The position numbers and the translations under genes are program-made. From Candidatus Nitrospinota bacterium M3_3B_026 (GTDB lineage: Bacteria > Nitrospinota_A > UBA7883 > JBPRGF01), in NCBI GenBank assembly GCA_051418015.1, contig JBPRGF010000017.1:96001-160000 (forward strand): 64,000 nucleotides of DNA, read 5' to 3'. Below the pieces are notes generated by a model that saw only the letters and a program-made list of their open reading frames with translations, had not been told where the DNA came from and did not search any database. The number at the start of each line of letters is the position of its first letter. Position 1 is the stretch's first letter. This document shows positions 10,011-20,129 of the stretch, piece after piece.

Positions 10011-11840
10011 ATGGCAGGCAAGTTCGAGCACTTGAAGGAAACGCTGGAGAGCGCCCCCACAGAGCCGGGTGTATACCTGATGAAGGGGGCGGACGGGCGG
10101 ATATTGTACGTGGGCAAGGCGAAAGTCCTGCGCGAGAGGGTCCGGTCCTATTTCCAGGACTCCGCCGTCCATTCTCCGCGCATCGCCGTGATGGTGGGGA
10201 AGGTCCGCTCCATCGACTTCATGACCACCTCCTCGGAGCTGGAGGCGCTGATCCTGGAAGACAACATAATCAAGAAAGAGAAGCCCCCTTTCAACGTAAT
10301 GCTTCGTGACGACAAGAACTACCCCTACCTCAAGCTCACCATGGACGAGACGTACCCACGGCTTCTTTTGGTCCGCCGCGCCCTGCGGGATGGGGGGCTT
10401 TATTTCGGGCCGTATGTCTCCGGCAAGTCCGTCCGCGACGTGATGAGGCTCATTCACAGGATATTCCCGCTGCGCCAGAGCAAAGACAACCTCGACGGCA
10501 AGCCTCCCCGCCGCCCCTGCCTCAATTACCAGATGGGCCGCTGCCTGGCCCCCTGCGCGGGCAAAACGACTCCGGAAGAGTACCGCGGGATGGTGGACGA
10601 CGTGATCCTCTTCCTGAAAGGGAAGGACACAGAGCTTGTAAAAGACCTCGAGCGCCGGATGAAGGAAGCCGCCGAGCGGGAGTTTTTCGAGTTGGCGGCG
10701 CGGTATCGCGACCAGATCGCGGCCGTGGAAAGGCTGAAGGAACGCCAGGCCATAACGGACACGCGCCTTGCCGACGAGGATTTCATAGCCTCCCACGAGG
10801 CCGGGGGCAGGTCGGTCATCAAGATATTGCAGGCGCGCCGCGGCAAGGTGAGCGCGGGGCGGGAGTTTTTGTTCGACAACCTGGAGCGGCTCGACAGGGC
10901 TGAGGCGCTCGGCGCTTTCATCCGCCAGTTCTACAGAGAGGGGATGGAGATACCTCCAGCCATCGTGGTGAACGAGGCCCCGGAGGGGATGAAGGCGCTT
11001 GAGGAGGCCCTGTCCGCCCGGCGCGGGGGGAGGGTGAGGATAACCGTCCCGGCGCGCGGCAGGCGCAAAAGGCTGATCGAGATGGCCGAGCGCAACGCAA
11101 GGCTGCGCCTGGAAGCCGTCCTGGACTCGGCGGAAATGAAAGAACGCGCTTTAGAGCAAGTCCGCGACGGGCTGGGGCTCCCCGGGCCGCCGCGCTCGAT
11201 CGAGGCCTACGACATCTCCACCACCGGCGGTCTGGCCTCCGTGGGAGTGGTGGTCACTTTCAAAAACGGCGAGCCGGACAAGAGCGGCTACAGGAAGTAC
11301 AAGATAACGAGCGCCGCGGGGCCGGACGACTATGCCGCCCTCGCCGAGGTCGTCGAACGGCGCCATCGGCGGCTCCTTGAGGAGGGGGCGCCTTTCGCCG
11401 ACCTGCTGGTGATCGACGGGGGCAAAGGGCAGGTGAGCGCCGTGGCGGCGCGCTTTATGGAAATGGGGATAGAGCGCCCCCCGGCGATCGTCGGAATAGC
11501 CAAGGGCAAGGATCGGGAAAATCCCGACACCGACGAATTTTATCTGCCGGGAAAGCCGCGCCCGGTTGACATCCCCCCGTCGTCCCCCGGCAGGCTCCTT
11601 CTGCAGAGGGCGCGGGACGAGGCGCACAGGTCCGCCATCTCCTATCACCGCAAGGCCCGCGGCGCAGAGGCCAAAAGATCGGCGCTCGACTCCATCGCTG
11701 GAGTGGGACCGAAGCGCAAAAAGCAGCTTCTGCGCAAATTCGGATCTGTGAAACGGATAAGGGAGGCGAGCGTTGAGGAGCTCCGCGAGGCGCTCTCCGT
11801 CTCCGAGGAGATGGCGAAAAGGATACTAGAAAGCCTTTAG
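10011..11840 (+). CDS. uvrC: Excinuclease ABC subunit C
   Basis: PGVYLM..YVGKAK GIY-YIG domain, DDKNYPY, FELAA.YRD UVR domain, IDGGKGQ, RDEAHR, HhH GVGPKR. Confidence 0.97.
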   Translation: MAGKFEHLKETLESAPTEPGVYLMKGADGRILYVGKAKVLRERVRSYFQDSAVHSPRIAVMVGKVRSIDFMTTSSELEALILEDNIIKKEKPPFNVMLRDDKNYPYLKLTMDETYPRLLLVRRALRDGGLYFGPYVSGKSVRDVMRLIHRIFPLRQSKDNLDGKPPRRPCLNYQMGRCLAPCAGKTTPEEYRGMVDDVILFLKGKDTELVKDLERRMKEAAEREFFELAARYRDQIAAVERLKERQAITDTRLADEDFIASHEAGGRSVIKILQARRGKVSAGREFLFDNLERLDRAEALGAFIRQFYREGMEIPPAIVVNEAPEGMKALEEALSARRGGRVRITVPARGRRKRLIEMAERNARLRLEAVLDSAEMKERALEQVRDGLGLPGPPRSIEAYDISTTGGLASVGVVVTFKNGEPDKSGYRKYKITSAAGPDDYAALAEVVERRHRRLLEEGAPFADLLVIDGGKGQVSAVAARFMEMGIERPPAIVGIAKGKDRENPDTDEFYLPGKPRPVDIPPSSPGRLLLQRARDEAHRSAISYHRKARGAEAKRSALDSIAGVGPKRKKQLLRKFGSVKRIREASVEELREALSVSEEMAKRILESL

Positions 11841-11862
11841 GGGGTCGGCGCCGGGCCGCTGG

Positions 11863-12028
11863 TGTCATCCTGAGCCGGAGGCGAAGGATCCCGTTGTTTC
11901 TTCCGTTGCGAGACTCTTCGCTGGCGCTCAGAGTGACATGGAAATGGAGACGCTGTCGTTCTGAACGAAGTGAAGAACCTCGTATAGCGGCGCCCGCATG
12001 GGATGCTTTGCTGACGCTCAGCATGACA
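11863..12028. repeat. Cluster of four REP-like palindromic units (TGTCATCCTGAGC..GCGAAGGATC family) in alternating orientation
   Basis: Units at ~11863-11892, 11910-11938 (inverted), 11954-11981, 12001-12028 (inverted), between convergent uvrC and fixC-like genes. Confidence 0.7.
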
Positions 12029-12099
12029 AGGACATCCCCTTCCCCGGCGGGAGTTTTTGAGATGGGATCCGAAGCCCGCCCGCTCCCGCGGCGGCCAAC

Positions 12100-12235
12100 A
12101 CCATCCCCTCCCCTGGAGGGAGGGTTTTTGAAACCAGGCTCCGGGGCCGGCATGAAGCGAATGAACATCCAACAAGGGGAGGGGGTATTATTCATATCAC
12201 CCCCACCCAACCCTCCCCCGTCCAGGGGAAGGAAG
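12100..12235. repeat. CCCCTCCCC..GGGGAGGG palindromic repeat units (second REP/CIR-like family)
   Basis: TCCCCTCCCCTGGAGGGAGGG, CAAGGGGAGGGGG, CCCAACCCTCCCCCGTCCAGGGGAAGG. Confidence 0.55.
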
Positions 12236-12260
12236 GACGCACCGCGCGGCCCGAAAAAAA

Positions 12261-13967
12261 CTACATCCCCGAAAAGTTCGGCCCGTAGCCGTGGAGCGCG
12301 GCGTTTACGCGCAGGTTCTCGTAGGGACAGACGATCTCGCAGGTAGCGCACTGGACGCAGTTCTCCAGCGCCATTGCATGGTATCGCCCCCCCTCCTTCT
12401 CCAGGGTCTGGTGCACCTCCGCCGTACAGTCGCCGACGCAGGGGGTATCCTTGCCCGCGGCGCTGAATTTTTCTATGCACTTGACGCACACCTCGGCGTC
12501 GAACTCGTCGATGTGGCGGTTGTCCTCCTCGTAATGCGTGTGGGCGTAGAAGACAACGTCCGCCGTGGAGTAGATCGTGGGCGGGTCAAAACCTTCCGAA
12601 ACCTTTTTGACGGGGCGGAAGGCTGGATCGATATGGGTATAGTCCTTCGGATACTTCACCACCCATGAGTCGGTGGGGTTTTCTATCATCCTCTTGGCGC
12701 CGAGCAGGCGGAAGGAGCCGAAGGGGTCCAAAAGCCCCGCGACGGCTCCGCCGACTATCAGCCCACGGCCCGCGTCTATCTGCTCCGTCAGCCTTGGCAT
12801 GAACTCGCTCAAAACGCCGGGGTAGCGCTCGAAGGCGGCGCGGAAATAGCGCGAGTCCCGCAGCTCCTCGCCAACCCATCCCCCCATCAGCCTTTCCTGG
12901 CAGGCGGCCAGGGCCGCGGCGGAGGTGTCTCCCTTTTTCAACGATTCCCATATCACCTCCGCGGCGACGTATCCGCTCTCCATCGCCTTGTCCACGCCGG
13001 AGAAACGTTTCACGTCCAGGACGCCCAGCGCGTCGCCCACCAGCAGCGCGCCGTCCACGGCGAACTTCTCAGGCAGGGAGTAATAGCCCCCCTCCGGCAG
13101 GATCGCCGCGCCGTATTTTAAAAGCTCGCCGCCCTTTATCATCCTCTGGACGCGGGGATGTTTTTTAAGGTCCTGCAGAACCTGCGGCGGGTGGATGTTG
13201 GGGTCGGCGAAATCCAGCCCCATCACCATGCCGATGATGAGCTTGTTGTCCTTACAGCCGTAGATGAAGCCGCCGCCCATGTGGCCCGGCGCCAGCGGGT
13301 ATCCGAGGGTGTGCCACACATCGCCCTCGAAGCTCTCCTTCGTCTCCCAGACCTCCTTGACGCCGACGGCGTAGGTCTGGCCGTTCTTTCTAAGGTCGAA
13401 CTTCGTCACGAGATCGCGCGACACGAAGCCCTTGTCGCCGAAGACGACGACCTTGCCGTACAGGACATCCTGGGCGTCGTCGCCGGTGTCGTCGACCTTT
13501 ACGCCGATGACCCTGTCGCCGTCGTAGACTATCGAGCGGGCCGGGAAGCCGGGATAGACGTCAACGACCACTCCCGCCTTCTCCTTCGCCTTTTCGGCGA
13601 GCGCCCCTGCCATGTACATCGCCACGTCGGAGACGTTCAGGATGGCGTATCCCTCTTTCTTGAAGTACGGCGGCATGAAAGCGCGGGGGACGTCCTCCCA
13701 GCCCTTCGCCCCGGCCACGGTCAGGCGGCTGTTCCGGCAGACGCCCTCCAGAGGAAAGGCGCCGTCGCGCCAGTCCGGGAACATCTTCTCTATGACCCTC
13801 GGGTTGGACACCGCGCCGGAAAGCAGGTGGCCGCCGACGTTTTTCGCTTTCTCCAGTATGGCGACCCTCACAGGCCCGCCGGCGATGTCCACCAGCCTGT
13901 GGGCGAGCGAGAGGCAGGCCGGGCCCGCCCCCACCAGGATCACGTCGTATTCCATCCTCTCAGCCAT
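12261..13967 (-). CDS. ETF:quinone oxidoreductase / FixC-like flavoprotein with fused C-terminal FixX-like ferredoxin
   Basis: YDVILVGAGPA FAD motif, GGHLLSGA, GVKEVW, LVGDA; C-terminal ENCVQCATCEIVCP. Confidence 0.85.
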   Translation of the reverse strand: MAERMEYDVILVGAGPACLSLAHRLVDIAGGPVRVAILEKAKNVGGHLLSGAVSNPRVIEKMFPDWRDGAFPLEGVCRNSRLTVAGAKGWEDVPRAFMPPYFKKEGYAILNVSDVAMYMAGALAEKAKEKAGVVVDVYPGFPARSIVYDGDRVIGVKVDDTGDDAQDVLYGKVVVFGDKGFVSRDLVTKFDLRKNGQTYAVGVKEVWETKESFEGDVWHTLGYPLAPGHMGGGFIYGCKDNKLIIGMVMGLDFADPNIHPPQVLQDLKKHPRVQRMIKGGELLKYGAAILPEGGYYSLPEKFAVDGALLVGDALGVLDVKRFSGVDKAMESGYVAAEVIWESLKKGDTSAAALAACQERLMGGWVGEELRDSRYFRAAFERYPGVLSEFMPRLTEQIDAGRGLIVGGAVAGLLDPFGSFRLLGAKRMIENPTDSWVVKYPKDYTHIDPAFRPVKKVSEGFDPPTIYSTADVVFYAHTHYEEDNRHIDEFDAEVCVKCIEKFSAAGKDTPCVGDCTAEVHQTLEKEGGRYHAMALENCVQCATCEIVCPYENLRVNAALHGYGPNFSGM

Positions 13968-13975
13968 CTAAAGCC

Positions 13976-15037
13976 TCATCCTCCCGCCGCCTTCATGGTC
14001 TTCTGGAACCGCTCCTTTAAAAGCGGCGCTATCTCGTAGATGTCGCCCACGATCCCGTAATGGGCGAACTGGAATATCGGCGCCGTCTCGTCCTTATTGA
14101 CGGCGATGATCGTCTCGCTGTTGCTCATCCCCACCCTGTGCTGTATGGCGCCGGATATGCCAAGGGCGATGTAAAGCTTCGGGCGCACCGTCTTGCCCGT
14201 CTGCCCTACCTGGTGGGCGTAGGGTATCCAGCCCGCGTCCACCGCCTTGCGCGAGGCGCCGACGGCGGAGTCTTCGAATATGGACGCCAGGTCGCGGACG
14301 GCCTCGAACCCTTCCGGGCCGCCCAGGCCGAACCCGCCGGAGACTATAACCTTCGCGCGGGTCAAGTCCAGCGCGGCGCTGACCTCGTGGACGGTCTCTA
14401 TGACCTTCACCCGGAAATCGCTCTCGTCGAACCCCACCTTGATCGGGATGATCTTCCCCTCTCTCGAAGTGTCCGGCTCGTTGGGGACCATCACCCCCAC
14501 GCGGGCCGTGGCCATCTGCGGAAAATTCCATGGGCCCAGAATCCTCGCCTTCAGGCTCTCGCCGAAGCTTGGGCGGATGGCGTAGAGGCAGTTCTTGTAT
14601 TCGCCCACCTTTTCCGGGTCGGCCTTGCCTTTGTGAGTGTAGTCCCCTACGTCAAGCTCCGTGCAGTCGGCCGTCAGCCCCGTCTCCAGGCAGGCGGCGA
14701 TGCGCGGGGCCAGGTCGCGCCCAAGCGTCGTCGCGCCGCAAAGGAGGATGTGAGGCGTCCTGTCCATGGACTTCAGCGCCGCCAGGGCCGCCTTCCTGTA
14801 TGGCAACGTGGAGTATTCGGCCAGCTCCGGCTGGTCCGCCACGATGACCTCGTCGGCGCCGTAGTGGATCAGCGTCTTCGGTATGTCCCCCAGGTTATGG
14901 CCGAAGACCAGAGCCTTGACTTTCACACCGAGCTTGCCGGCGAGCTCGGTGGCGGCGCCAAGAAGCTCGAACGTGACGGGCCGCAGGTCGTTCTTGATCT
15001 GGTCGGCTATGACCGCGACGTCGCCGTAATCGCTCAT
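13976..15037 (-). CDS. etfA: Electron transfer flavoprotein alpha subunit
   Basis: GRDLAPR, GLTADCT, QVGQTGKTVRP, GISGAIQH; ATG 15037 overlaps the etfB stop. Confidence 0.93.
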   Translation of the reverse strand: MSDYGDVAVIADQIKNDLRPVTFELLGAATELAGKLGVKVKALVFGHNLGDIPKTLIHYGADEVIVADQPELAEYSTLPYRKAALAALKSMDRTPHILLCGATTLGRDLAPRIAACLETGLTADCTELDVGDYTHKGKADPEKVGEYKNCLYAIRPSFGESLKARILGPWNFPQMATARVGVMVPNEPDTSREGKIIPIKVGFDESDFRVKVIETVHEVSAALDLTRAKVIVSGGFGLGGPEGFEAVRDLASIFEDSAVGASRKAVDAGWIPYAHQVGQTGKTVRPKLYIALGISGAIQHRVGMSNSETIIAVNKDETAPIFQFAHYGIVGDIYEIAPLLKERFQKTMKAAGG

Positions 15038-15879
15038 TTCAGGAGTTCCTCTATCCCGCGCCCGTCCTCGGCGAGGCGGCCCACCAAAAGCTCCACCTCG
15101 TGGGACGGCGAGTCCCCCTTGTACACGACGCACTCCCCGCCGATCTCGCCCATCTTCCAGGTCTTCCCGACCACCGTGGGCGAGCCGACCAGGCCAGTCC
15201 GTTTCGGATCGGCGTCTATGTCGTCCAGGCTGATTGTGAATATCCTCTTCTTCAGCTCCTCCTCGTCGCGAGACAGCTCTTTCATCCTGTACACGTCGAT
15301 GAATCTCTTGCTCCGGAGCTTTTCGGCGGAGTTGGCCACGGTGATGAGGACCGGCGTCGCCGTCTCAAACCGCTGTACGCCGCCTTCTATGACCCTCGTG
15401 GCGCGGACGAGGCCGTCCGATATCTCCATCTTCTCGCAGTAGGTGACCTGCGGGATGTTCAGCCTTTCGGCTATCTGCGGCCCGGTCTGTGCGGTGTCGC
15501 CGTCGGTGGTCTGCAGCCCGGTGAAGATGATGTCGACTTTCCCTAGGCTCTGGATCGCCCTGCTGAGCGCGTAGGCCGTCGCCAGCGTGTCGGAGGCGGC
15601 CAGGCGCCTGTCGGTCAAAAGGTATCCTTTGTCCGCGCCGTACTCCAGCGACTCGTAGAGGACCTCTATGGCCGGCGGCGGGCCCATGGAGATGACGATT
15701 ATCTCCCCCCCGCGGGCGGCCTTGGCCTCGAGGGCCTTCTGGAGGGCGAACTTGTCAAAGGGGTTCATCATCTTCTTGGCCCGGGCGCGGTCCACGGTGC
15801 CGTCCGGGTTCACCCCCGTCTTGCTGGAGGTGTCCGGCACCTGCTTGATGAGAACCACTATCCTGAGGTCTTCGCTCAT
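15034..15879 (-). CDS. etfB: Electron transfer flavoprotein beta subunit
   Basis: IKQVPD, NPFD, SMGPP, DTLATA, DGDTAQTGPQ, GSPT. Confidence 0.93.
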   Translation of the reverse strand: MSEDLRIVVLIKQVPDTSSKTGVNPDGTVDRARAKKMMNPFDKFALQKALEAKAARGGEIIVISMGPPPAIEVLYESLEYGADKGYLLTDRRLAASDTLATAYALSRAIQSLGKVDIIFTGLQTTDGDTAQTGPQIAERLNIPQVTYCEKMEISDGLVRATRVIEGGVQRFETATPVLITVANSAEKLRSKRFIDVYRMKELSRDEEELKKRIFTISLDDIDADPKRTGLVGSPTVVGKTWKMGEIGGECVVYKGDSPSHEVELLVGRLAEDGRGIEELLK

Positions 15880-16005
15880 GCTCACTCGCCTCCGCGCCGA
15901 CAGGGCGCGGCCCTCTCAATAACGTCCCTCAGATTCAAAGCTTAAGATGATGCCACAGGGAACTGATGTTTGGAAGCTTAAATTTCCGTGAGACAGGGGC
16001 CGGGC

Positions 16006-16392
16006 CTACCGGCGCTGTCTTGCTCTCCGCCGCCTCTTGAGCTTGCGCCGCTCCCTCTCCATGTACCGGCGCAACTCGTCCGGCGTTTCGAACATCACGT
16101 CACTTATGGGGCCGTACTTTTCGCAGTCCGGCGGGTTGTGGTCGCGGCAGTTGTCGGGCCTGTCGGCGTATATGGAGCAGAGGTTGTTCTCGTCCAGGTA
16201 CATGCACTGGCCGACGGAGAGCCTGTGCCACCTGCGGTTCCTTATGAAAAACCTGGTGTGGGTGAAATGAAGCTGCCAGATGAAGCTTTCCCACTCGTCC
16301 AGGGTCCTCGGTTTCCTCACCGGCTCCTCCAGGCCGTTGCAGCAAAGCGCCGGGCAGTCCTCGCAGGTATATTCTTCCGCGCCTCCGCTCAT
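16006..16392 (-). CDS. YkgJ-family (CxxCxxCC-type) cysteine cluster protein
   Basis: CEDCPALCC ... CMYLDENNLCSIYADRPDNCR. Confidence 0.8.
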   Translation of the reverse strand: MSGGAEEYTCEDCPALCCNGLEEPVRKPRTLDEWESFIWQLHFTHTRFFIRNRRWHRLSVGQCMYLDENNLCSIYADRPDNCRDHNPPDCEKYGPISDVMFETPDELRRYMERERRKLKRRRRARQRR

Positions 16393-16441
16393 GCCGGTTC
16401 CCCTTCCTTTAGCCCATGGTTATCGCTGGTCATCTTTTAAA

Positions 16442-17452
16442 TTATAACTTGTAGAAGCTTCTGTACCAATCCACGAACAGGGGTATGCCTTCCTCTATGG
16501 ACGTTTTCGGCGTGAATCCGAAATCGCGGCTGATGGCGTCTATGTCCGCCGCCGTCTCCTTGACGTCACCCGGCTGCATGGGAAGCAGCCTCTTCTCCAC
16601 CTTTTTTCCGACACTCCCCTCCAGCACCTCTATCATCCTTAAAAGCTCCTCGGGCTTGTTGTGGCCGATGTTATAAATCCTGTAGGGGGCGTAGCTCGCG
16701 GCCGGGGACGGCGCGCGGCCGTCCCATGAAGGGTCACCCTCCGGCGCGGAGGCCATGACGGCCGTCACGCCGTCGATTATGTCGTCTATATAGGTGAAAT
16801 CCCGCCGCATGTCCCCATGGTTATAGACGTCTATCGGTTTTCCCTCGAAGATGGCTTTCGTGAACTTGAAAAGCGCCATGTCCGGCCGCCCCCAAGGGCC
16901 ATAGACCGTGAAAAAACGCAGCCCAGTCGTGGGGATTCCGTACAGGCTGCTGTAGGTGTGCGCCATCAGTTCGTTCGACTTTTTCGTGGCGGCGTAAAGG
17001 GACATGGGATGGTCCACGTTGTCGTTCTCGGAGAAGGGCAGCCTCCTGTTCGCGCCGTAGACGGAGCTGGAGGAGGCGTAGACCAGCCGCTTCACGCCGA
17101 AGGCCCGGACTTTCTCTAAAACGTTGCCGAAGCCCACCACGTTGGAGCTTATGTAGGCGGCCGGGTTCTCCACTGAGTAGCGCACGCCGACCTGCGCCGC
17201 GAGGTTGACCACCACGTCGAATCCGTGTTTTTCGAAGACGCCGCCCAGAGCCTCCCCGTCCTCGAGCGCGGCGTGGACGAACTCGAAGGAGGGGTATTCC
17301 TCCAGGATGGCGAGCCTGGCCTTTTTCAGGGCCGGGTCGTAGTAGTCGTTCAGGTTGTCCAGCCCCACGACGGGGCCGCCCTCATCGAGCAGGCGGCGGC
17401 ACAAGTGATACCCTACGAAGCCCGCCGCCCCGGTGACAAGCGTTCTCTCCAA
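16442..17452 (-). CDS. NAD-dependent epimerase (UDP-glucuronate 4-epimerase type)
   Basis: TGAAGFVG, LAAQ.GVRYS, SSSSVYG, YAATK, FFTVYGPWGRPDMA. Confidence 0.92.
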   Translation of the reverse strand: MERTLVTGAAGFVGYHLCRRLLDEGGPVVGLDNLNDYYDPALKKARLAILEEYPSFEFVHAALEDGEALGGVFEKHGFDVVVNLAAQVGVRYSVENPAAYISSNVVGFGNVLEKVRAFGVKRLVYASSSSVYGANRRLPFSENDNVDHPMSLYAATKKSNELMAHTYSSLYGIPTTGLRFFTVYGPWGRPDMALFKFTKAIFEGKPIDVYNHGDMRRDFTYIDDIIDGVTAVMASAPEGDPSWDGRAPSPAASYAPYRIYNIGHNKPEELLRMIEVLEGSVGKKVEKRLLPMQPGDVKETAADIDAISRDFGFTPKTSIEEGIPLFVDWYRSFYKL

Positions 17453-17562
17453 TATTCTTTTCCCTATCCGTTTTATGGAAATTTTTTGATTCTAGCCCCC
17501 TCCGGCGGAAAAAGCCAGTCCCGGCTCGGCGGGAGAGCGTCCCAGGCTTGGAAAACAAATCA

Positions 17563-17676
17563 AGGTCCTTCACGCCGCCGCCACTTCACTTCGTTCAGGG
17601 TGTCGGCTCCGTTCAGGACGACACATCATGACGTTGATGCCTCCAGCGGCGTCCTGAGCCGCAGGTGAAGGATCTT
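17563..17676. repeat. Degenerate REP-like units of the same family as 11863-12028
   Basis: CTTCACTTCGTTCAGG, GTTCAGGACGACA, GCGTCCTGAGCCGCAGGTGAAGGATCT. Confidence 0.55.
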
Positions 17677-17738
17677 GCCTTTTTGAAAAGACTCAAACCG
17701 GAACTCCGCCCCTGGCGCCGAAGACGCGCGCCCCTCTC

Positions 17739-18815
17739 TCAGGACAGCGGATCCTGCTGGTCATAGATGGTCTGGTACTTGATCGGCCGGACGGAGGTAA
17801 ACTCCGTCCGGGGCAGCAGAAGCTGGTTGCGTATCCTGAGCCATTGCACGTCCGGCTTGAGGCCGCGCAGCTTCCCGTCCGGCGGCGGCTTGGAGTGTTC
17901 GTTGAAGGAGTAGACGACGGCCAGGGCAGCCACGCCGTAGTCGCCGGTCTCGTGGATCAGAAACTGTTTTCGGAAATCCGGGTTCCCGTTGGGGTGTTTT
18001 TCTATCTGCTCGATGGCCCGGTTGTCGAGTTGGATCAGGGTGTATTTGAATATCCCGTTCTCGGATATCTTGGTCAGCGTCCTGCTTTCCGCCGAGGAGA
18101 CATATACCGTGCTGTAGAAGGGCGACTGCTTCAAAAGCTGCGCCGCCAGCAGGGCCGCCGTCCTGCGCCCGGAAACGGTGTGATGGAAGGAGTAGTACTC
18201 AAAAAGCTTCTCCCCCATTTCCTGGGCGTACTTTTCGCCTTTCTCGTAAAGATCCTTGGATATATACCGCAGCTCCCTGCCCAGGGCCTCGGCGGCGGCG
18301 TCGATCAGCCAGTCTATGCGGACGTGGAAATGGCTCAGCGCGAACCGGTTCTTGTGTTTCACCGACATGTCGCGCTGTATCAGCAGGGCGTAGTCCACGG
18401 GAAGAAGCTGCCGCAGGAGGTCGTAGAACTTGACGCTCTCGAAGTATTTTTGTTTCGTCTGGAAACCGTCGGAGAAATTCGCCTCGGCCAGCTTCAGAGC
18501 GCCGAGGTTCTCCTTCTTCACCTTGTTGTCGTCGAAATAGCGGATGTACTTTTTCATCTCGGCGGGGATCACCCCCTCGGAGAAGATCACGATGAAGCCG
18601 TTCATGAGGGAGTTTTCTATCTCACGCACCTTGGCGCGGGGCTTGAGTTCTCTCTTTTCGACAAAGGGATAGGGCTCGCCCGCGTTCAGAAAGTTCTGGT
18701 ACGAGTCCACCAGTGAAAAGTCGGCCAGGTAATGGTCAAGCTCGTTGCGCAGGGATTTATACAAGGCGCGGACTTTTTTTTCGTCGCGGCTCAGTTCATT
18801 CAGGTGCAACCACAT
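17739..18815 (-). CDS. Hypothetical protein (358 aa)
   Basis: Long ORF with host-like codon usage; no motif recognised. Confidence 0.75.
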   Translation of the reverse strand: MWLHLNELSRDEKKVRALYKSLRNELDHYLADFSLVDSYQNFLNAGEPYPFVEKRELKPRAKVREIENSLMNGFIVIFSEGVIPAEMKKYIRYFDDNKVKKENLGALKLAEANFSDGFQTKQKYFESVKFYDLLRQLLPVDYALLIQRDMSVKHKNRFALSHFHVRIDWLIDAAAEALGRELRYISKDLYEKGEKYAQEMGEKLFEYYSFHHTVSGRRTAALLAAQLLKQSPFYSTVYVSSAESRTLTKISENGIFKYTLIQLDNRAIEQIEKHPNGNPDFRKQFLIHETGDYGVAALAVVYSFNEHSKPPPDGKLRGLKPDVQWLRIRNQLLLPRTEFTSVRPIKYQTIYDQQDPLS

Positions 18816-19004
18816 CCGGCGATTAATTTATCTTCATCGGCAGGGGGCCGGTCTGTTATACAGGAAGGCGCCCCCGCTGGGGGTAAAGGTCAAAAAAACC
18901 TGTTTTTCCTATAAGTTAAGCTATTTTAACATGTTCCACCAGCAATCACAAGTTTTTAGACTTTTTTCAGCGGCTTTCAGGCTCCGCGGGGCCTTCGCGC
19001 AAAG

Positions 19005-20129
19005 TCAGCGGCCAGCGTTTTCCAGAAACTTTTGGACAACTCCGCTCATTCTTTCCATGAATACCGGCCTTGCGAACCTCTCCGCGTTGCGGCGGGCCGC
19101 CTCCGGCCTGAACCTCTCCTCCGCCCCCTCGAACCGCGCGATGGCGTCCTTCAGGCTTTCCGTGTCCTGCCTGTCAAAGAAGACTCCCGTGCAGCCTTCG
19201 GTCATCTCGTCTCTCAGCGGCGTCACCGTCTCCAGCACCCCCCCTCTCCCATAGGCTATAACGGGGGTTCCACAGGCCTGGGCCTCCACCGGGATGATCC
19301 CGAAATCCTCCTCGCCGGGATAGACCAGGGCGCGGGCGCGGCGGTAGCGCTCCAGGAGCCCCTCCGCTGAAAGCGGCCCCTCGAACCTTATGTTCGGCCC
19401 GGCCATGGCCTTGAGCCTCGCCTCGTCCTCGCCGCTTCCCACCACGGAAAGCGGCGCGCCGAGCTCGTTGAACGCCCTTATGGCAAGGTCCACCCGCTTG
19501 TACGGGGCGAAGGCGGAAACCACGAGATACCCCTCCCTTCCGCCTTCTTCCGCCGGAGTGAAAAAATCCACATCGACGGGGGGATAGACAACCTCCGCGT
19601 CGACGCCGTATATCCTCCCGGCCCTCTCCTTCACGTTTCTCGAGTTCGCCACGTAAAGCCCCACCCTGGACGCGGTCCTGACGTCCCACTCCCTCAGGCG
19701 CGGCATGATCTTTCCTATGGCGAAAAGGGCGGCCCTTGAGAAGCGCTCCGGATTGAAATAGTCACCGTACATGTCCCAGGCGTAGCGCATGGGGGTGTGA
19801 AGGTAACATAAATGGGGAGCGCCGCCGGGCTTCACGCCCTTGGCCACGCAGTGGCTGGACGATACCACAAGGTCGTATCCTCCCAGCCTGAAGGATTCTA
19901 TGGCCCGCGGCATTAGCGGCAGGTACCACCTGTACCTTTTTGCTATCGCCGGAAACCGTTGGAGAAAGGAGGTGTGTATCCTCCTGCTCTCTATGGCGGG
20001 GGAGACGGAGCCGGGAACATGGACGAGGGTGTAGATGTCCGCCTGGGGGAAAATCTCGAGCAGCGCCTCCAGGACGCGCTCCCCTCCCCTCATCCCCGTG
20101 AGCCAGTCGTGAACGAGCGCCACTTTCAT
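19005..20129 (-). CDS. Glycosyltransferase family 4
   Basis: MKVALVHDWLTGMRGGERV, EDFGIIPVEAQACGTPV; ATG overlaps the upstream stop. Confidence 0.92.
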   Translation of the reverse strand: MKVALVHDWLTGMRGGERVLEALLEIFPQADIYTLVHVPGSVSPAIESRRIHTSFLQRFPAIAKRYRWYLPLMPRAIESFRLGGYDLVVSSSHCVAKGVKPGGAPHLCYLHTPMRYAWDMYGDYFNPERFSRAALFAIGKIMPRLREWDVRTASRVGLYVANSRNVKERAGRIYGVDAEVVYPPVDVDFFTPAEEGGREGYLVVSAFAPYKRVDLAIRAFNELGAPLSVVGSGEDEARLKAMAGPNIRFEGPLSAEGLLERYRRARALVYPGEEDFGIIPVEAQACGTPVIAYGRGGVLETVTPLRDEMTEGCTGVFFDRQDTESLKDAIARFEGAEERFRPEAARRNAERFARPVFMERMSGVVQKFLENAGR

